64,000 bases of DNA from Clostridia bacterium. GTDB taxonomy: Bacteria; Bacillota; Clostridia; JAAYHZ01. The notes below the pieces were generated by a model that was given only the letters and a program-made list of their open reading frames with translations, was not told the origin of the DNA and ran no database searches. The position numbers were made by a program, and so were the translations under genes. This document shows positions 19,805 to 30,491 of this stretch, piece by piece. Position 1 is the first letter of the stretch, and each line of letters begins with the position of its first letter. The stretch is from positions 1-64,000 of the forward strand of contig JBMNIH010000008.1 of NCBI GenBank assembly GCA_050950825.1, written 5' to 3'.

Positions 19805-22800
19805 TCAATCGTCGTGCAGCAGGCGAATAAGGTTTTCAAGCTCATCCAAAATCACCTTTTCGTTTTTATCCTGCATTTTTAACACCAAGGAGGGCTTTAC
19901 GCCGGCGTCGAACAAAAAGCGCCCTTTGAAAGGAACGGTCAGCTTTCCCATTCTTCGGAATACATCGGGGTTCATATCGCCGAAGGTAATGACCATTTGC
20001 CGACTTTTTCTTTCAATGGATTTGATCTTGATGTCGTTAGCCATTTTTCTCAGCAAGGCAATGCGAATCAGGTTATGGGTTTCTTCCGGAACATCGCCGA
20101 ATCGGTCGATTAATTCGTCTACGATATCCTCCGCCTCTTCCTTGCTCCCTAGAGCGACGATTCTTTTATACAGCTCGATTCGAGTGCTTTCGTTCTCGAT
20201 ATATTCTTTATCAATATACGCGTTAACGTTGATATCCACCGCCGTTTCGTTAACGGTCTCTTCCTTCTTTTCGCCTTTTACCTCCCGAATCGCTTCGTCT
20301 AACAGCCTTACGTAGGTATCGTACCCTACAACATCAATATGTCCGTGCTGCTCGTATCCCAGCAAATTGCCTACGCCTCGCAGTTCCATATCCCGCATGG
20401 CGATTTTAAATCCGGATCCGAAATCGGTGAACTCCCGAATGGCTTCCAGTCTTTTTTCCGCTATGGGGGATAAGGTCATATCTTTTTTGTAAGTGATATA
20501 GGCATAAGCAATGCGGTTGGATCGCCCTACCCTGCCGCGCAATTGGTACAGCTGCGCCAATCCCATTTTATCGGCGTTTTCCACAATTAAGGTGTTGACG
20601 TTGGGCATATCCAGCCCGGACTCGATAATCGTGGTACATAACAAAACGTCAAATTCGCCTTTCAAGAAAGCGTTCATTTGGTCTTCCAGCTTTCTTTCCG
20701 ACATCTGCCCGTGGGCAACCCCGACTTTGACTCCGGGGAGCATATCGAGAAGCTTTTTTTGCTTTCCTTCGATTCCCTTTACGCGGTTGTAAAGATAAAA
20801 GACCTGTCCGCCTCGAGCGATCTCTCGGTAAACCGCATCCTTGATCACTTGCTCGTCATACTCCAGAACGTAAGTCCTCACCGGGTGTCTTTCTTCCGGA
20901 GGGTCTTCAATGACACTGATATCTCGAATCCCGGTCAAAGACATGTGCAGCGTCCTCGGTATGGGGGTTGCGGTCAACGTCAAAACGTCCACTCCCGCGA
21001 AGTCCTTTTTGACTTTTTCTTTGTGCTCCACGCCGAAGCGTTGTTCTTCGTCAATAACCAAAAGGCCTAAATCCTTGAATTTTACGTCTTGGGAAAGGAG
21101 ACGATGGGTTCCTACTACAACATCCACAAGCCCTTTTTCCAAATCCTTAATGATTTTCGCTTGTTGGGCTTTGGTTCGAAAGCGGCTTAACATCTCCACC
21201 TTGATCGGAAATCCTTCAAAACGAGCGGTGAAATTTTCGAAATGCTGCCGGGCCAAAACGGTGGTAGGAACCAAATAGGCCACTTGCTTTCCGTCCATAA
21301 CCGCTTTAAACATAGCCCGCAAAGCCACTTCGGTTTTCCCGTATCCTACGTCTCCGCACAGCAAACGGTCCATCACTTGGCTGTTTTCCATATCTTTTTT
21401 AATTTCTTGGACGCATTTTATTTGATCCTCCGTTTCGATATGGGGAAAGGCTTCTTCGAATTGGGCCTGCCAAACCGTGTCCTTGGAAAAAGCATGCCCT
21501 ATCATGGTCTGCCGCTTGGCATACAATTTCACCAGCTCTTGGGCAATCTCCCTTAAGGATTCTTTTACGCGGCTTTTGGTTCGAATCCATTCCTTTCCTC
21601 CTAGGGAATGGACCTTCGGGGCGCTTCCTTCCTGTCCGATGTATTTTTGAATCAAATCCATTTGATTCACCGGAAGATAAAGAACGTCTCCCCCTTTATA
21701 TTCAATTTTCAAATAGTCCTTTTTAACGTTTTCGATGACCAGCTGTTCCACGCCGACGTAGCGTCCCACTCCGTGGATGTCATGAACCACATAATCGCCG
21801 GGCTTTAAATCGGTAAAAAGGTCCATTCTCTTTTTGGTCTTTTTTGATCTTGCCCTTTGGGAAATGCGGTCCTTTAATGCGATAACGACCCATTTTTCGT
21901 CGACATATTCGAATCCCCTGTTCAAAATACCGTCGCAAAGGTACACTCTGCCAGGAACGATTTCCCGGATGTCTTGTTCCTGAAGGACGGTCCCGATCCC
22001 TTCGTCCGACAAGATTTTCGAAAGGGACAAAATCCTTCTTTCGGACCCTGCGGCGATGATCACCGAATACCGGTCCTTCAGCATCTCCCGCAAGTCCTTG
22101 ATTAAAAAGTCAATCCTCCGCTCGTACAAATCCACCCCTTTGGCATTGATGCCGTATAAAGCGGTGTAACGGATCTCCTTTGCCGGAGTAAAGGGAGCGT
22201 AATAGACGGATTTAGGAAACGAAAACAAAAACTCGTTGAAATGCTCCATGGAAAACAGGCCGTTTTGGCATTGGGGCAACAAATAGCCGTCCTCCATAAG
22301 GGCGGTAACCGTTTCCGAGTGTTCCTTTTGAATGATCTCCATTCTTTCCGCACACTTTTTATAGTCGTCGGCAAAAAGAAGGACGGGCTCCGATATATAG
22401 TCAAAAATGCTTACGGGAGAATCGTTTATAAATTCCGCATAGCGATCCAATCCGGGTACATACAATTGATTGGCAAGCTTTTCAATATCTCTTTCCGTCT
22501 TTTCTCGGAGCTTTTCCATATTTACAAAATCGCTTTTGACTTGGGAAAGAGCCCTTCGTATGTTTTCGAATATCTCGGGAAGGCGTTCCCGATCCATTTG
22601 AATTTCTTCCGCCGGGATGATTTTGATTTTTTCGACGGCTTCAACGGACCGCTGGGTTTCGGGGTCAAAAAAACGGATGGAATCGATCTCGTCGTCAAAA
22701 AACTCGATACGCAGCGCATTTTCATAGTTCACCGAAAAGATATCCAAAATTCCGCCTCTTACGGCAAACTCCCCTTTTTTATACACCGTATCCACCCGCT

Positions 22801-23287
22801 TGTATCCCATGGTCACAAGGGTTTCCGTTAATCGATCCAAATCCGCCGTATCGAAGGCTTTAAGCTCCAAAATGCGGGATTTGAATATTTCGGCGGGGCA
22901 GAGCTTTCTGACAAAAGAATCTACCGATAAAACCAAAACGTCGTATTCCCCGGCCAAAACCTTCGACAAAACGTCCAAACGGGTATAGGCGGTATCTCGG
23001 CTTCCGGCTTCAATGTCATACAGCATGACTTCCCTGTAGGGAAGGTGAAGTACTCGGTCCTTGAAGAAAAAAGAAAAATCTTCGTAAGCTTTTTTCGCTT
23101 CGAATTCGTTATATGTGACGTACAAGCCTTTTAGGTTCATCCTGTGAAGAAGGCATGCGGAAAAATGGACCTTTTGGGAATCGATAAGGCCCGTAACGGA
23201 GCATAGACCCTTCTCCGCTTTCAGGGATGATAAAATCTCTTGAAAAACGGAGCTTCGGTTTAGGATTTGGTCGAATGGTACGTACAT
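19805..23287 (-). CDS. mfd: Transcription-repair coupling factor
   Basis: VRGGILDIF, GDVGYGKT, DEEQRFG, TATPIPRT and QLRGRVGR motifs. Confidence 0.98.
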   Translation of the reverse strand: MYVPFDQILNRSSVFQEILSSLKAEKGLCSVTGLIDSQKVHFSACLLHRMNLKGLYVTYNEFEAKKAYEDFSFFFKDRVLHLPYREVMLYDIEAGSRDTAYTRLDVLSKVLAGEYDVLVLSVDSFVRKLCPAEIFKSRILELKAFDTADLDRLTETLVTMGYKRVDTVYKKGEFAVRGGILDIFSVNYENALRIEFFDDEIDSIRFFDPETQRSVEAVEKIKIIPAEEIQMDRERLPEIFENIRRALSQVKSDFVNMEKLREKTERDIEKLANQLYVPGLDRYAEFINDSPVSIFDYISEPVLLFADDYKKCAERMEIIQKEHSETVTALMEDGYLLPQCQNGLFSMEHFNEFLFSFPKSVYYAPFTPAKEIRYTALYGINAKGVDLYERRIDFLIKDLREMLKDRYSVIIAAGSERRILSLSKILSDEGIGTVLQEQDIREIVPGRVYLCDGILNRGFEYVDEKWVVIALKDRISQRARSKKTKKRMDLFTDLKPGDYVVHDIHGVGRYVGVEQLVIENVKKDYLKIEYKGGDVLYLPVNQMDLIQKYIGQEGSAPKVHSLGGKEWIRTKSRVKESLREIAQELVKLYAKRQTMIGHAFSKDTVWQAQFEEAFPHIETEDQIKCVQEIKKDMENSQVMDRLLCGDVGYGKTEVALRAMFKAVMDGKQVAYLVPTTVLARQHFENFTARFEGFPIKVEMLSRFRTKAQQAKIIKDLEKGLVDVVVGTHRLLSQDVKFKDLGLLVIDEEQRFGVEHKEKVKKDFAGVDVLTLTATPIPRTLHMSLTGIRDISVIEDPPEERHPVRTYVLEYDEQVIKDAVYREIARGGQVFYLYNRVKGIEGKQKKLLDMLPGVKVGVAHGQMSERKLEDQMNAFLKGEFDVLLCTTIIESGLDMPNVNTLIVENADKMGLAQLYQLRGRVGRSNRIAYAYITYKKDMTLSPIAEKRLEAIREFTDFGSGFKIAMRDMELRGVGNLLGYEQHGHIDVVGYDTYVRLLDEAIREVKGEKKEETVNETAVDINVNAYIDKEYIENESTRIELYKRIVALGSKEEAEDIVDELIDRFGDVPEETHNLIRIALLRKMANDIKIKSIERKSRQMVITFGDMNPDVFRRMGKLTVPFKGRFLFDAGVKPSLVLKMQDKNEKVILDELENLIRLLHDD

Positions 23288-23293
23288 CGTATT

Positions 23294-23878
23294 TTATTCT
23301 TTCTTTTTTCCGTTAAACAAATTCATCGCGGTATTCACATCGGACCTTAAAATGCAGGCAACCGCTTCCCCGGCGGCCTTCATTCCCTCGATTAAATCGG
23401 GAAGAGCCGAATCGGGGATCCTCTCCAAAACGAAGTCGATGTTTTCCGCGCCTTCCGGCGGACGTCCGATTCCGATTCGGATTCGTATAAATTGATCGGT
23501 CTGCAAATGGTAAATAATCGATTTCATCCCTTTGTGGGTTCCCGCGCTGCCTTTCGGGCGAATGCGTATCAAGCCCGGTTCGATGTCCATATCGTCATAC
23601 AAAACAATCAATTGCTCGGGAGCTGCGGAGTATCCTTCCAATGCGGCGGATACGGAAACACCGCTGTCGTTCATATAGGTGGAAGGCTTTAAAAGAACCG
23701 TCTTTTTGCCTTCGATTTCGCCTTCTCCGTACAAGCCCTTAAAGCCGATTTTGTTGACTTTTATTCCGTACTTTTCCGACAAATAATCAATGGCGCCGAA
23801 ACCCATATTGTGTCTGCTCAGCGCATATTTCGGTCCGGGGTTCCCCAGACCTGCGATAATGATTACATCATCCTTCAT
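23294..23878 (-). CDS. pth: Peptidyl-tRNA hydrolase
   Basis: GLGNPG, RHNMGF, KPSTYMN and RIRIGIG motifs. Confidence 0.97.
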   Translation of the reverse strand: MKDDVIIIAGLGNPGPKYALSRHNMGFGAIDYLSEKYGIKVNKIGFKGLYGEGEIEGKKTVLLKPSTYMNDSGVSVSAALEGYSAAPEQLIVLYDDMDIEPGLIRIRPKGSAGTHKGMKSIIYHLQTDQFIRIRIGIGRPPEGAENIDFVLERIPDSALPDLIEGMKAAGEAVACILRSDVNTAMNLFNGKKKE

Positions 23879-23920
23879 TCTTACCCTTTAGCACAACTCC
23901 TTATTTCCTCTTACTTTTCC

Positions 23921-24880
23921 CTAATACTTTTGCGTATATATTCTGCTGATCGGCATATTTTCGTAAATGCTTTCAATGGCTTGCGCAAAAATGTCCGCAA
24001 CACTTAGGATCTTAAACTTCGGATTGTTTTTCACGCGGTCGGTACAAATGGTGTTCAGTATGATCATCTCGTCGATACAGGAATTCTCAATCCTTTCAAT
24101 GGCCGGCCCGGACAATACGGCATGGGTGCAGCAGGCATAGATCGATAATGCCCCTTTTTCCTTCATAACGGCCGCCGTATTGGCCAAAGTTCCCGCCGTG
24201 TCCGCAATGTCGTCGATCATAATGACATTTTTGCCTTCCACTTGGCCTACCACATGCAAAATTTCCGACCGGTTGGCTTCCGGTCGTCTTTTATCGATGA
24301 TGGCGAGAGGTATGTTTAAAATCTGTGCAAATCGACGCACCCTTTCAATACTGCCTACGTCCGGCGAAACGGCTACAAATTTGCCGGCGTCAATTTTCCT
24401 TTGTTTAAAGTACTCGGCGAAAACGGGATTTCCGAACAAGTGATTCACCGGAATATCAAAAAATCCTTCCAATTGCGGTACATGCAGATCCATGGTTAAT
24501 ACCCGGTCCACCCCCGCTACGGTAATCAAATTCGCCACCAGCTTAGCGGAAATGGGATCTCTCGACTTGGCTTTACGGTCCTGCCGAGCATAACCGAAAT
24601 ACGGAATAACCGCCGTAATGCTTCCTACCGACGCTCTGCGCAATGCATCGCATATGATCAGAAGCTCCATCAAATTGTCGTTGACCGGTGTGGACGTGGA
24701 TTGTATGACAAAAACATCGCAGCCCCGCACCGTTTCTTTAATGGTGACATTCACCTCTCCGTCGGCAAATCGCCCCACTTCAATGCTCCCTAAGGGAATC
24801 TTTAAAAGCTCGGCAATCTCTTTTGCCAACGATAAGTTCGAATTCCCCGCAAATAACTTAATTTTACCTCCCCCGCTCAT
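23921..24880 (-). CDS. prs: Ribose-phosphate pyrophosphokinase
   Basis: FADGE, PYFGYARQDRK and IDDIADTAGT motifs. Confidence 0.97.
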   Translation of the reverse strand: MSGGGKIKLFAGNSNLSLAKEIAELLKIPLGSIEVGRFADGEVNVTIKETVRGCDVFVIQSTSTPVNDNLMELLIICDALRRASVGSITAVIPYFGYARQDRKAKSRDPISAKLVANLITVAGVDRVLTMDLHVPQLEGFFDIPVNHLFGNPVFAEYFKQRKIDAGKFVAVSPDVGSIERVRRFAQILNIPLAIIDKRRPEANRSEILHVVGQVEGKNVIMIDDIADTAGTLANTAAVMKEKGALSIYACCTHAVLSGPAIERIENSCIDEMIILNTICTDRVKNNPKFKILSVADIFAQAIESIYENMPISRIYTQKY

Positions 24881-24907
24881 TCCCTTTCTTCCTTTCGTTT
24901 ATATTCA

Positions 24908-26038
24908 TTAGTCGTTTTTCAAATCTCTTCTTAACCCTTTTTTTATAACCCAATCTTCCTTGTTCGTTTGCCTTTCGCGGGCAATGGCCAGGGCATGGGC
25001 CGGTACCTCCTGCGTTATGGTGGATCCGGCTGCGATATAGGCGCCGTCACGGACCGTCACCGGTGCGACCAATGCCACGTTGCAGCCGATAAAGGCATGG
25101 TTTCCTATCACGGTGCGGTGCTTGGTTTTCCCGTCGTAATTTGCGGTGATAACACCGCATGCAATGTTGGTGTTCATTCCGACGGAAGCGTCGCCGATAT
25201 AGGCCAAGTGAGGGATTTTGGTAGTTTCGCCGATTTCGGAATTTTTCAATTCCACAAAATCGCCCACCTTGACCCGGTCGTGCAGCATGCATCCCGGACG
25301 AATATATGCGAAAGGCCCTATATTGCAATCGTTGCCGCATTCGCTGTCGGTTATTATCGACTTTATTATCGTATTGTTCTTTCCGATACGGCTGTTTTTT
25401 ATGATCGTGTCCGGTCCGATGACGGAGCCTTCTCGGATAACCGTATCGCCTTCGATCATGCAACCGGGATATATCACGGTCTTTTCCCCGATTTCCACAC
25501 CGTAATCGATATAGGTACGGTCGGGATCGATGAATACGACCCCCTTTTTCATATGCCTTTCAACGATTCGCCTGCGGTAGCATGATATGGCCTCATGAAA
25601 GCCCTCGACGGTACCGATATCAAGAACCGTCGAATCGTTTCTTCGAGTTAACTCGGAAGAAAACTCCCAAGCGTCATCTTTCCAAGAGAAGACATTCGGA
25701 TTGTTCTTTTTTACATAATAAATAAGTCCGTTTAAGGAAAATCCGGGTTCTCGGTAACCGTCGGATTCCTTAACCGTCTTCCACAAACTCTCGGGATCCT
25801 TTATAAACGCTTGCTTGAAAACGAATAAAAGATTTCGATTGCTCCATTTCTCTTCCCGATCGGAAGGGTATAAGACATCAAAACCCGCTTCCGCGAATGC
25901 ATCCCGAAGGTAATCTTCGTTTTTTGCGCCCCAAAATAATGTTCCCTCCGAGGGAACCTTTTTGTCTTGAACCAAAATAACGAATAAATCGTTCATATTT
26001 TTACTCCGATTTTGCAGATCTCCATTATATTTTCTCAT
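24908..26038 (-). CDS. glmU: GlmU-like glucosamine-1-P acetyltransferase with degenerate N-terminal uridyltransferase domain
   Basis: Hexapeptide repeats, GPFAYIRP, HLAYIGD, NYDG and IAAGS in spoVG-glmU-prs synteny. The LAAGxGxRMxS motif is missing. Confidence 0.8.
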   Translation of the reverse strand: MRKYNGDLQNRSKNMNDLFVILVQDKKVPSEGTLFWGAKNEDYLRDAFAEAGFDVLYPSDREEKWSNRNLLFVFKQAFIKDPESLWKTVKESDGYREPGFSLNGLIYYVKKNNPNVFSWKDDAWEFSSELTRRNDSTVLDIGTVEGFHEAISCYRRRIVERHMKKGVVFIDPDRTYIDYGVEIGEKTVIYPGCMIEGDTVIREGSVIGPDTIIKNSRIGKNNTIIKSIITDSECGNDCNIGPFAYIRPGCMLHDRVKVGDFVELKNSEIGETTKIPHLAYIGDASVGMNTNIACGVITANYDGKTKHRTVIGNHAFIGCNVALVAPVTVRDGAYIAAGSTITQEVPAHALAIARERQTNKEDWVIKKGLRRDLKND

Positions 26039-26228
26039 GTTTTGGTGTAATTTTCAATAATCATGTGAAGATTCGACTGAATTCAAAGGATAAGATACGA
26101 ATAGATACGATTTGGACACAAAATAACATAAACTATATGTTATGATACAACATATAATCCGTAATAAATAATGATTCTCCGGACAAGTAACCGCAATACC
26201 GTAAGCGGTATGTAACGGCTTTTTCCTC

Positions 26229-26531
26229 TTAGCCTTCCGAGTCGTCAAGGTCCCCTTCCGCGTTCTCTTCCGGATTGTCCGCCATTTCATTGTACTTTTT
26301 GAGGATTAACGACTGCATCATTTCCCTTGTTTCGGAATTGATCGGGTGTACAATGTCTTTAAACACTCCGCTTGGCGTCTTCCGGCAAGGCATGGCGATG
26401 AAAAGTCCTTTTTTGCTTTCAATGATCTTAATGTCATGTACGGCTATCATGTTGTCCAAAGTCAGAGACACGACTGCACGCATTTTGCCTTCCGTGTTCG
26501 TCTTCCTGATACGAATGTCGGTGATCTCCAT
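26229..26531 (-). CDS. spoVG: SpoVG nucleic-acid-binding regulator
   Basis: [22 protein letters not shown] and FKDIVHPI motifs. Confidence 0.96.
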   Translation of the reverse strand: MEITDIRIRKTNTEGKMRAVVSLTLDNMIAVHDIKIIESKKGLFIAMPCRKTPSGVFKDIVHPINSETREMMQSLILKKYNEMADNPEENAEGDLDDSEG

Positions 26532-26578
26532 TGTTGTAGGCCTCCCGTTGCTTTTTTGTATAAGCGTCTTTCAGTATT

Positions 26579-26605
26579 ATTCTATATTCGTTTCAAAAAT
26601 CCTTC
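26579..26605 (-). promoter_or_regulatory. sigmaH promoter of spoVG
   Basis: GAAGGATTT-14 nt-GAAT matches the sigmaH consensus. spoVG is the classical sigmaH target. Confidence 0.7.
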
Positions 26606-26690
26606 TTTCAAAGAAAATTTTTTCATAGTCTTTTTTCAATGATTCGGGTATAATATATTAGATAAAATTCGATTTATAGGTAAATATTTT

Positions 26691-28070
26691 ATGAACATCC
26701 GTATTGACGCATTAACCCGTTACAAAAACATTCACATGATCGGAATAAACGGAATCAGCATGAGCGGTTTAGCGGAAATATTGATCGCATCCGGGTACAA
26801 GGTCACAGGGTCCGATTGGACCTCCTCTCCGCGAACGGAACGGTTAAAAGCACTAGGCGCCGTCATTTACAAAAATCATGAAGGCGAAAACGTACAAGGA
26901 GCCGACCTTGTGGTATATACCGCCGCCGTAAAGCCGGATAACCCGGAATACGTTTATGCGGCGGAAAACAACATTCCTTTGATTAAAAGATCCGTTCTTT
27001 TGGGACATTTGATGGATTGCTTTAAAAAAGGCATCGCCATTGCCGGAACCCACGGAAAAACCACCACCACGGGCATGGTTTCGAAGATTTTCATGGAAGC
27101 AGGGTATGATCCTACCGTCCATATCGGAGCCACCTACAAGGAAATCGGAGGTACGGTAAGAACCGGGTCCGACGAATATTTTATCACCGAAGCGGACGAA
27201 TACACGGAAAGCTTTCTTACCCTGCATCCGCACTGTGCCTTGATCACGAATATCGATTTCGATCATGCCGATTATTACAAAGACATCGAAGCGGTAAAAG
27301 ACAGCTTTGTAAAGTTTACGAAAAACGTATCCTCCGACGGATTCTTAATATTGAACGGGGATTGTCCCAACACGAAGGACGTATTCCCTCGCATTCCCGG
27401 CAAGAAAGTAACCTTCGGGCTTTCCGAACAAAACATGTACCAAGCCGTGAATTTAAAGCAAGGTCCTTTCGGTATGTCTTTTTCCGTGAAATATCAAGAT
27501 GCCATCGTCACGGATATTTCCCTAAAGGTTCCGGGAAAGCATAACGTTTTAAACGCATTGGCCGCATTTGCGTGCGGAAACGAGTACGGAATTCCCGTCG
27601 GCACCGTGAAAAAGGCATTGGAAGAGTTCAACGGTACCGACAGAAGATTCGAATACAAGGGGACCTTTAAAAACGCCGCCGTTTACGACGATTACGCCCA
27701 TCATCCGAACGAAATCATCGCCACGCTGACGGCAGCTTTCCCGATAAAAAAAGGCGATCTTTGGTGCGTCTTTCAGCCCCACACCTACACAAGAACTTAC
27801 GAATTGGCGGACGATTTGGCTTACGCTCTGTCGTTAGCGGACAAATGCATTGTCACCGATATTTACGCCGCCCGAGAAAAAGACACCGGCTTGATACATT
27901 CGAAAACCGTTGTCGAGAAGGTGAATCGAATAAAAAACAGCGCCGTATACATCCAAACCTTTGACGAGATCGTCGAATATCTGGGGCGCCATGTAAAAGA
28001 AAACGACCTTATCATCGTGATGGGAGCGGGTAATATTGATAATGTGGCGGTCATGCTGACCGCCATGTAA
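26691..28070 (+). CDS. murC: UDP-N-acetylmuramate-L-alanine ligase
   Basis: GINGISMSGLA, GTHGKTTT, EADEY, DDYAHHP and FQPHTYTRT motifs. Confidence 0.97.
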   Translation: MNIRIDALTRYKNIHMIGINGISMSGLAEILIASGYKVTGSDWTSSPRTERLKALGAVIYKNHEGENVQGADLVVYTAAVKPDNPEYVYAAENNIPLIKRSVLLGHLMDCFKKGIAIAGTHGKTTTTGMVSKIFMEAGYDPTVHIGATYKEIGGTVRTGSDEYFITEADEYTESFLTLHPHCALITNIDFDHADYYKDIEAVKDSFVKFTKNVSSDGFLILNGDCPNTKDVFPRIPGKKVTFGLSEQNMYQAVNLKQGPFGMSFSVKYQDAIVTDISLKVPGKHNVLNALAAFACGNEYGIPVGTVKKALEEFNGTDRRFEYKGTFKNAAVYDDYAHHPNEIIATLTAAFPIKKGDLWCVFQPHTYTRTYELADDLAYALSLADKCIVTDIYAAREKDTGLIHSKTVVEKVNRIKNSAVYIQTFDEIVEYLGRHVKENDLIIVMGAGNIDNVAVMLTAM

Positions 28071-28079
28071 AAACCATCT

Positions 28080-30377
28080 TTAAAGCTTCGTAAGCTGAAC
28101 CATGGAAAGCAGAAACCGCTTCATACCGAATTTATCAAAGGCGATTTCAATGGTGGAGTCTTGGCCGTCTTTGACAATTGCCGAGACGGTTCCTTCCCCG
28201 TATTTTTTATGGTACACTCTATCGCCTACGGCATAGGTCCGGCTTGCATCTTCTTTGGGTTTGACAATATCGTTAAGGTCAATGGCTTTTCCGCCTCTAG
28301 TCAGCAAGCCTCCCAAGCCGAAGGATTCCGTCCTTTTCTTTTCATAACCCCTGTCGTAGGTCGGCTCATCCCAAAAATTCGACAAGGCACGGGATGATTT
28401 CGACACTTCCAGGCAAGCTTCAGGAATCTCGCTAAAGAAACACGAAACCGGGTTTCTGCGAGTACGGCCGAATATGGTTCTTTCGTTCGTATAAGTGATG
28501 TAAAGCTTTTTTCTTGCCCGCGTAAATCCTACGTAGCATAATCGCCGCTCTTCTTCCAAATTGCCTTCGGCAAGAGCCAGATAATGCGGGAAAATCTCTT
28601 CCTCGAAGCCGGGTATGAATACTTCATTGAACTCCAAGCCCTTGGCGCTATGTAGGGTCATTAACGTTACGTATTCTTCGTTAAGATCCAGCTCGTCCGT
28701 ATCCGCCGCCAAAGATACTTTGTAAAGAAAGTCCTCCAAGCTTGCTTCCTTGGCTTCCGCCGGCATGTCCGGGTCCGCATTTTCCGGTATTTCTTCATCG
28801 GACATACGCTCCATTTCCGCCTCGTATTCCATGACAGCGGTAATGAATTCTCGCAAGTTTTCGATTCGCTCGAAGGCTTCTTGGGTATATTCTTTTCGAT
28901 AGCTTTCTTCCATCTCCGTTTCATCAATCACCGCTTCTACCAAATCGGACAAATCCATGACCGGTTTTAAGCTCAAAAGCTTGTATATCAAATTCGTAAA
29001 AGCTTCCAAGCTTTGAGCCGCTCTACCTAAGCCCGGTATGGAGGACGCGTTGGCCGCCGCCAAAAACATGCTTGTACCGTTTTTTTGTGCGTATTCCTCC
29101 AATTTATCCAAGGAAGCCTTTCCGATTCCTCTTTTCGGTACATTGATGACTCTTTTGAATGAAATGTTGTCGGAAACGTTGACCAACAGCCGAAGGTACG
29201 CCAAAAGGTCTTTTATTTCCTTTCGTTCATAAAACTTTATTCCTCCGTACATTTTATACGGGATCCGTTTTTTGACGAAAGCGTCTTCAATGGCACGGGA
29301 TTGGGCGTTCACCCGATACAGCACGGCAAAATCTCCGTAGCTTCCCCCTTCTTCCACTCTTCTTTCAATGGTATTGACGATAAAGTCGGCTTCCTTCCGC
29401 TCGTCGTCAAAATTCATATGGACGATTTTTTCGCCTCCGGTTTTATCGGTCCAAAGCTTTTTATGTTTTCGCCCTTTATTGTTTTTAATCACTTGGTTGG
29501 CGGCTTCCAAGATAATGTCCGTGGATCGGTAATTTCTTTCCAGCTTAATGGTCCTGCAGTCCGGATAGATTTTTTCAAAATCCAGTATGTTGCTGATGTC
29601 CGCTCCTCGCCAACCGTAAATGGATTGGTCGTCGTCGCCTACGACGCACAAATTTCGATGGTACTTGGCAAGAAGGCTGACCAATACGAATTGAGCCCGG
29701 TTGGTATCTTGGTACTCGTCCACCATGATGTATTTAAACTTACGGGAATAGAATTCCAATACGTCTTCGTTTTCACGGAAAATTCGGATGGTGTACATGA
29801 TAATATCGTCAAAATCCAACGCATTGTTGTTCTTCAGCGTTTCTTGATACCGGCGGTACACTTTTCCGATTTCACTCATACGATAATCCGATTCGTAAAC
29901 GGATTCGAATTCGTCGGGATCCATCAAATTGTCCTTAGCCCTTCCGATGGTGTTTATCACCATTTTCGGAGGGAAAACCTCGGTGTCCATATTCAGAGCC
30001 TTCAAGCAATCTTTGATCAACGAAAGCTGGTCATCGGAATCAAAAATTAAAAATTGCCGGTCAAAACCCAATTTATCGATATGCTGTCTTAAAATTTGAA
30101 TGCAAGCGGCATGGAAGGTATAGATCCATATGCCGTTCATTTGTTCTCCCAAAAGGGCGGATACCCTTTCCTTCATCTCTCTTGCGGCTTTGTTGGTGAA
30201 GGTGATGGCAAGGATGTTCCAAGGCTTTACTTGGTAATAATTGATCAAGTGAGCGATCCTGCAGGTGATGACTCTCGTTTTTCCCGAGCCTGCACCGGCC
30301 AGTATCAACAAAGGTCCGTCTTTGTGCCATACGGCGGCTTCCTGTTGCTCATTCAATCCTTCCAGATATTTCATCAT
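28080..30377 (-). CDS. pcrA: ATP-dependent DNA helicase PcrA
   Basis: AGAGSGKT, DEYQDTN, GDDDQSIYGWRGA, HSAKGLE and EERRLCYV motifs, plus a C-terminal Tudor-like tail. Confidence 0.97.
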   Translation of the reverse strand: MMKYLEGLNEQQEAAVWHKDGPLLILAGAGSGKTRVITCRIAHLINYYQVKPWNILAITFTNKAAREMKERVSALLGEQMNGIWIYTFHAACIQILRQHIDKLGFDRQFLIFDSDDQLSLIKDCLKALNMDTEVFPPKMVINTIGRAKDNLMDPDEFESVYESDYRMSEIGKVYRRYQETLKNNNALDFDDIIMYTIRIFRENEDVLEFYSRKFKYIMVDEYQDTNRAQFVLVSLLAKYHRNLCVVGDDDQSIYGWRGADISNILDFEKIYPDCRTIKLERNYRSTDIILEAANQVIKNNKGRKHKKLWTDKTGGEKIVHMNFDDERKEADFIVNTIERRVEEGGSYGDFAVLYRVNAQSRAIEDAFVKKRIPYKMYGGIKFYERKEIKDLLAYLRLLVNVSDNISFKRVINVPKRGIGKASLDKLEEYAQKNGTSMFLAAANASSIPGLGRAAQSLEAFTNLIYKLLSLKPVMDLSDLVEAVIDETEMEESYRKEYTQEAFERIENLREFITAVMEYEAEMERMSDEEIPENADPDMPAEAKEASLEDFLYKVSLAADTDELDLNEEYVTLMTLHSAKGLEFNEVFIPGFEEEIFPHYLALAEGNLEEERRLCYVGFTRARKKLYITYTNERTIFGRTRRNPVSCFFSEIPEACLEVSKSSRALSNFWDEPTYDRGYEKKRTESFGLGGLLTRGGKAIDLNDIVKPKEDASRTYAVGDRVYHKKYGEGTVSAIVKDGQDSTIEIAFDKFGMKRFLLSMVQLTKL

Positions 30378-30449
30378 TACGCTCCTTTGTTACGATATTC
30401 ATTTTATTATAGCACGGCATGGGGTTTTAAAAAAGATAAAATAGGGCAC

Positions 30450-30478
30450 AAAAAAACAGATCCTTTCGGATCCGTTTT
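30450..30478 (-). terminator. Terminator of the RRM gene
   Basis: AAAACAGATCC-tttc-GGATCCGTTTT with an A-tract. Confidence 0.6.
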
Positions 30479-30491
30479 CTCCGTACTTATG

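Noticed and set aside
3879-30050. Numerous 100-250 aa antisense ORFs (e.g. 3879-4568, 19731-20315, 24968-25585, 29301-30050)
   Set aside because: They are reverse-frame shadows of well-supported genes.
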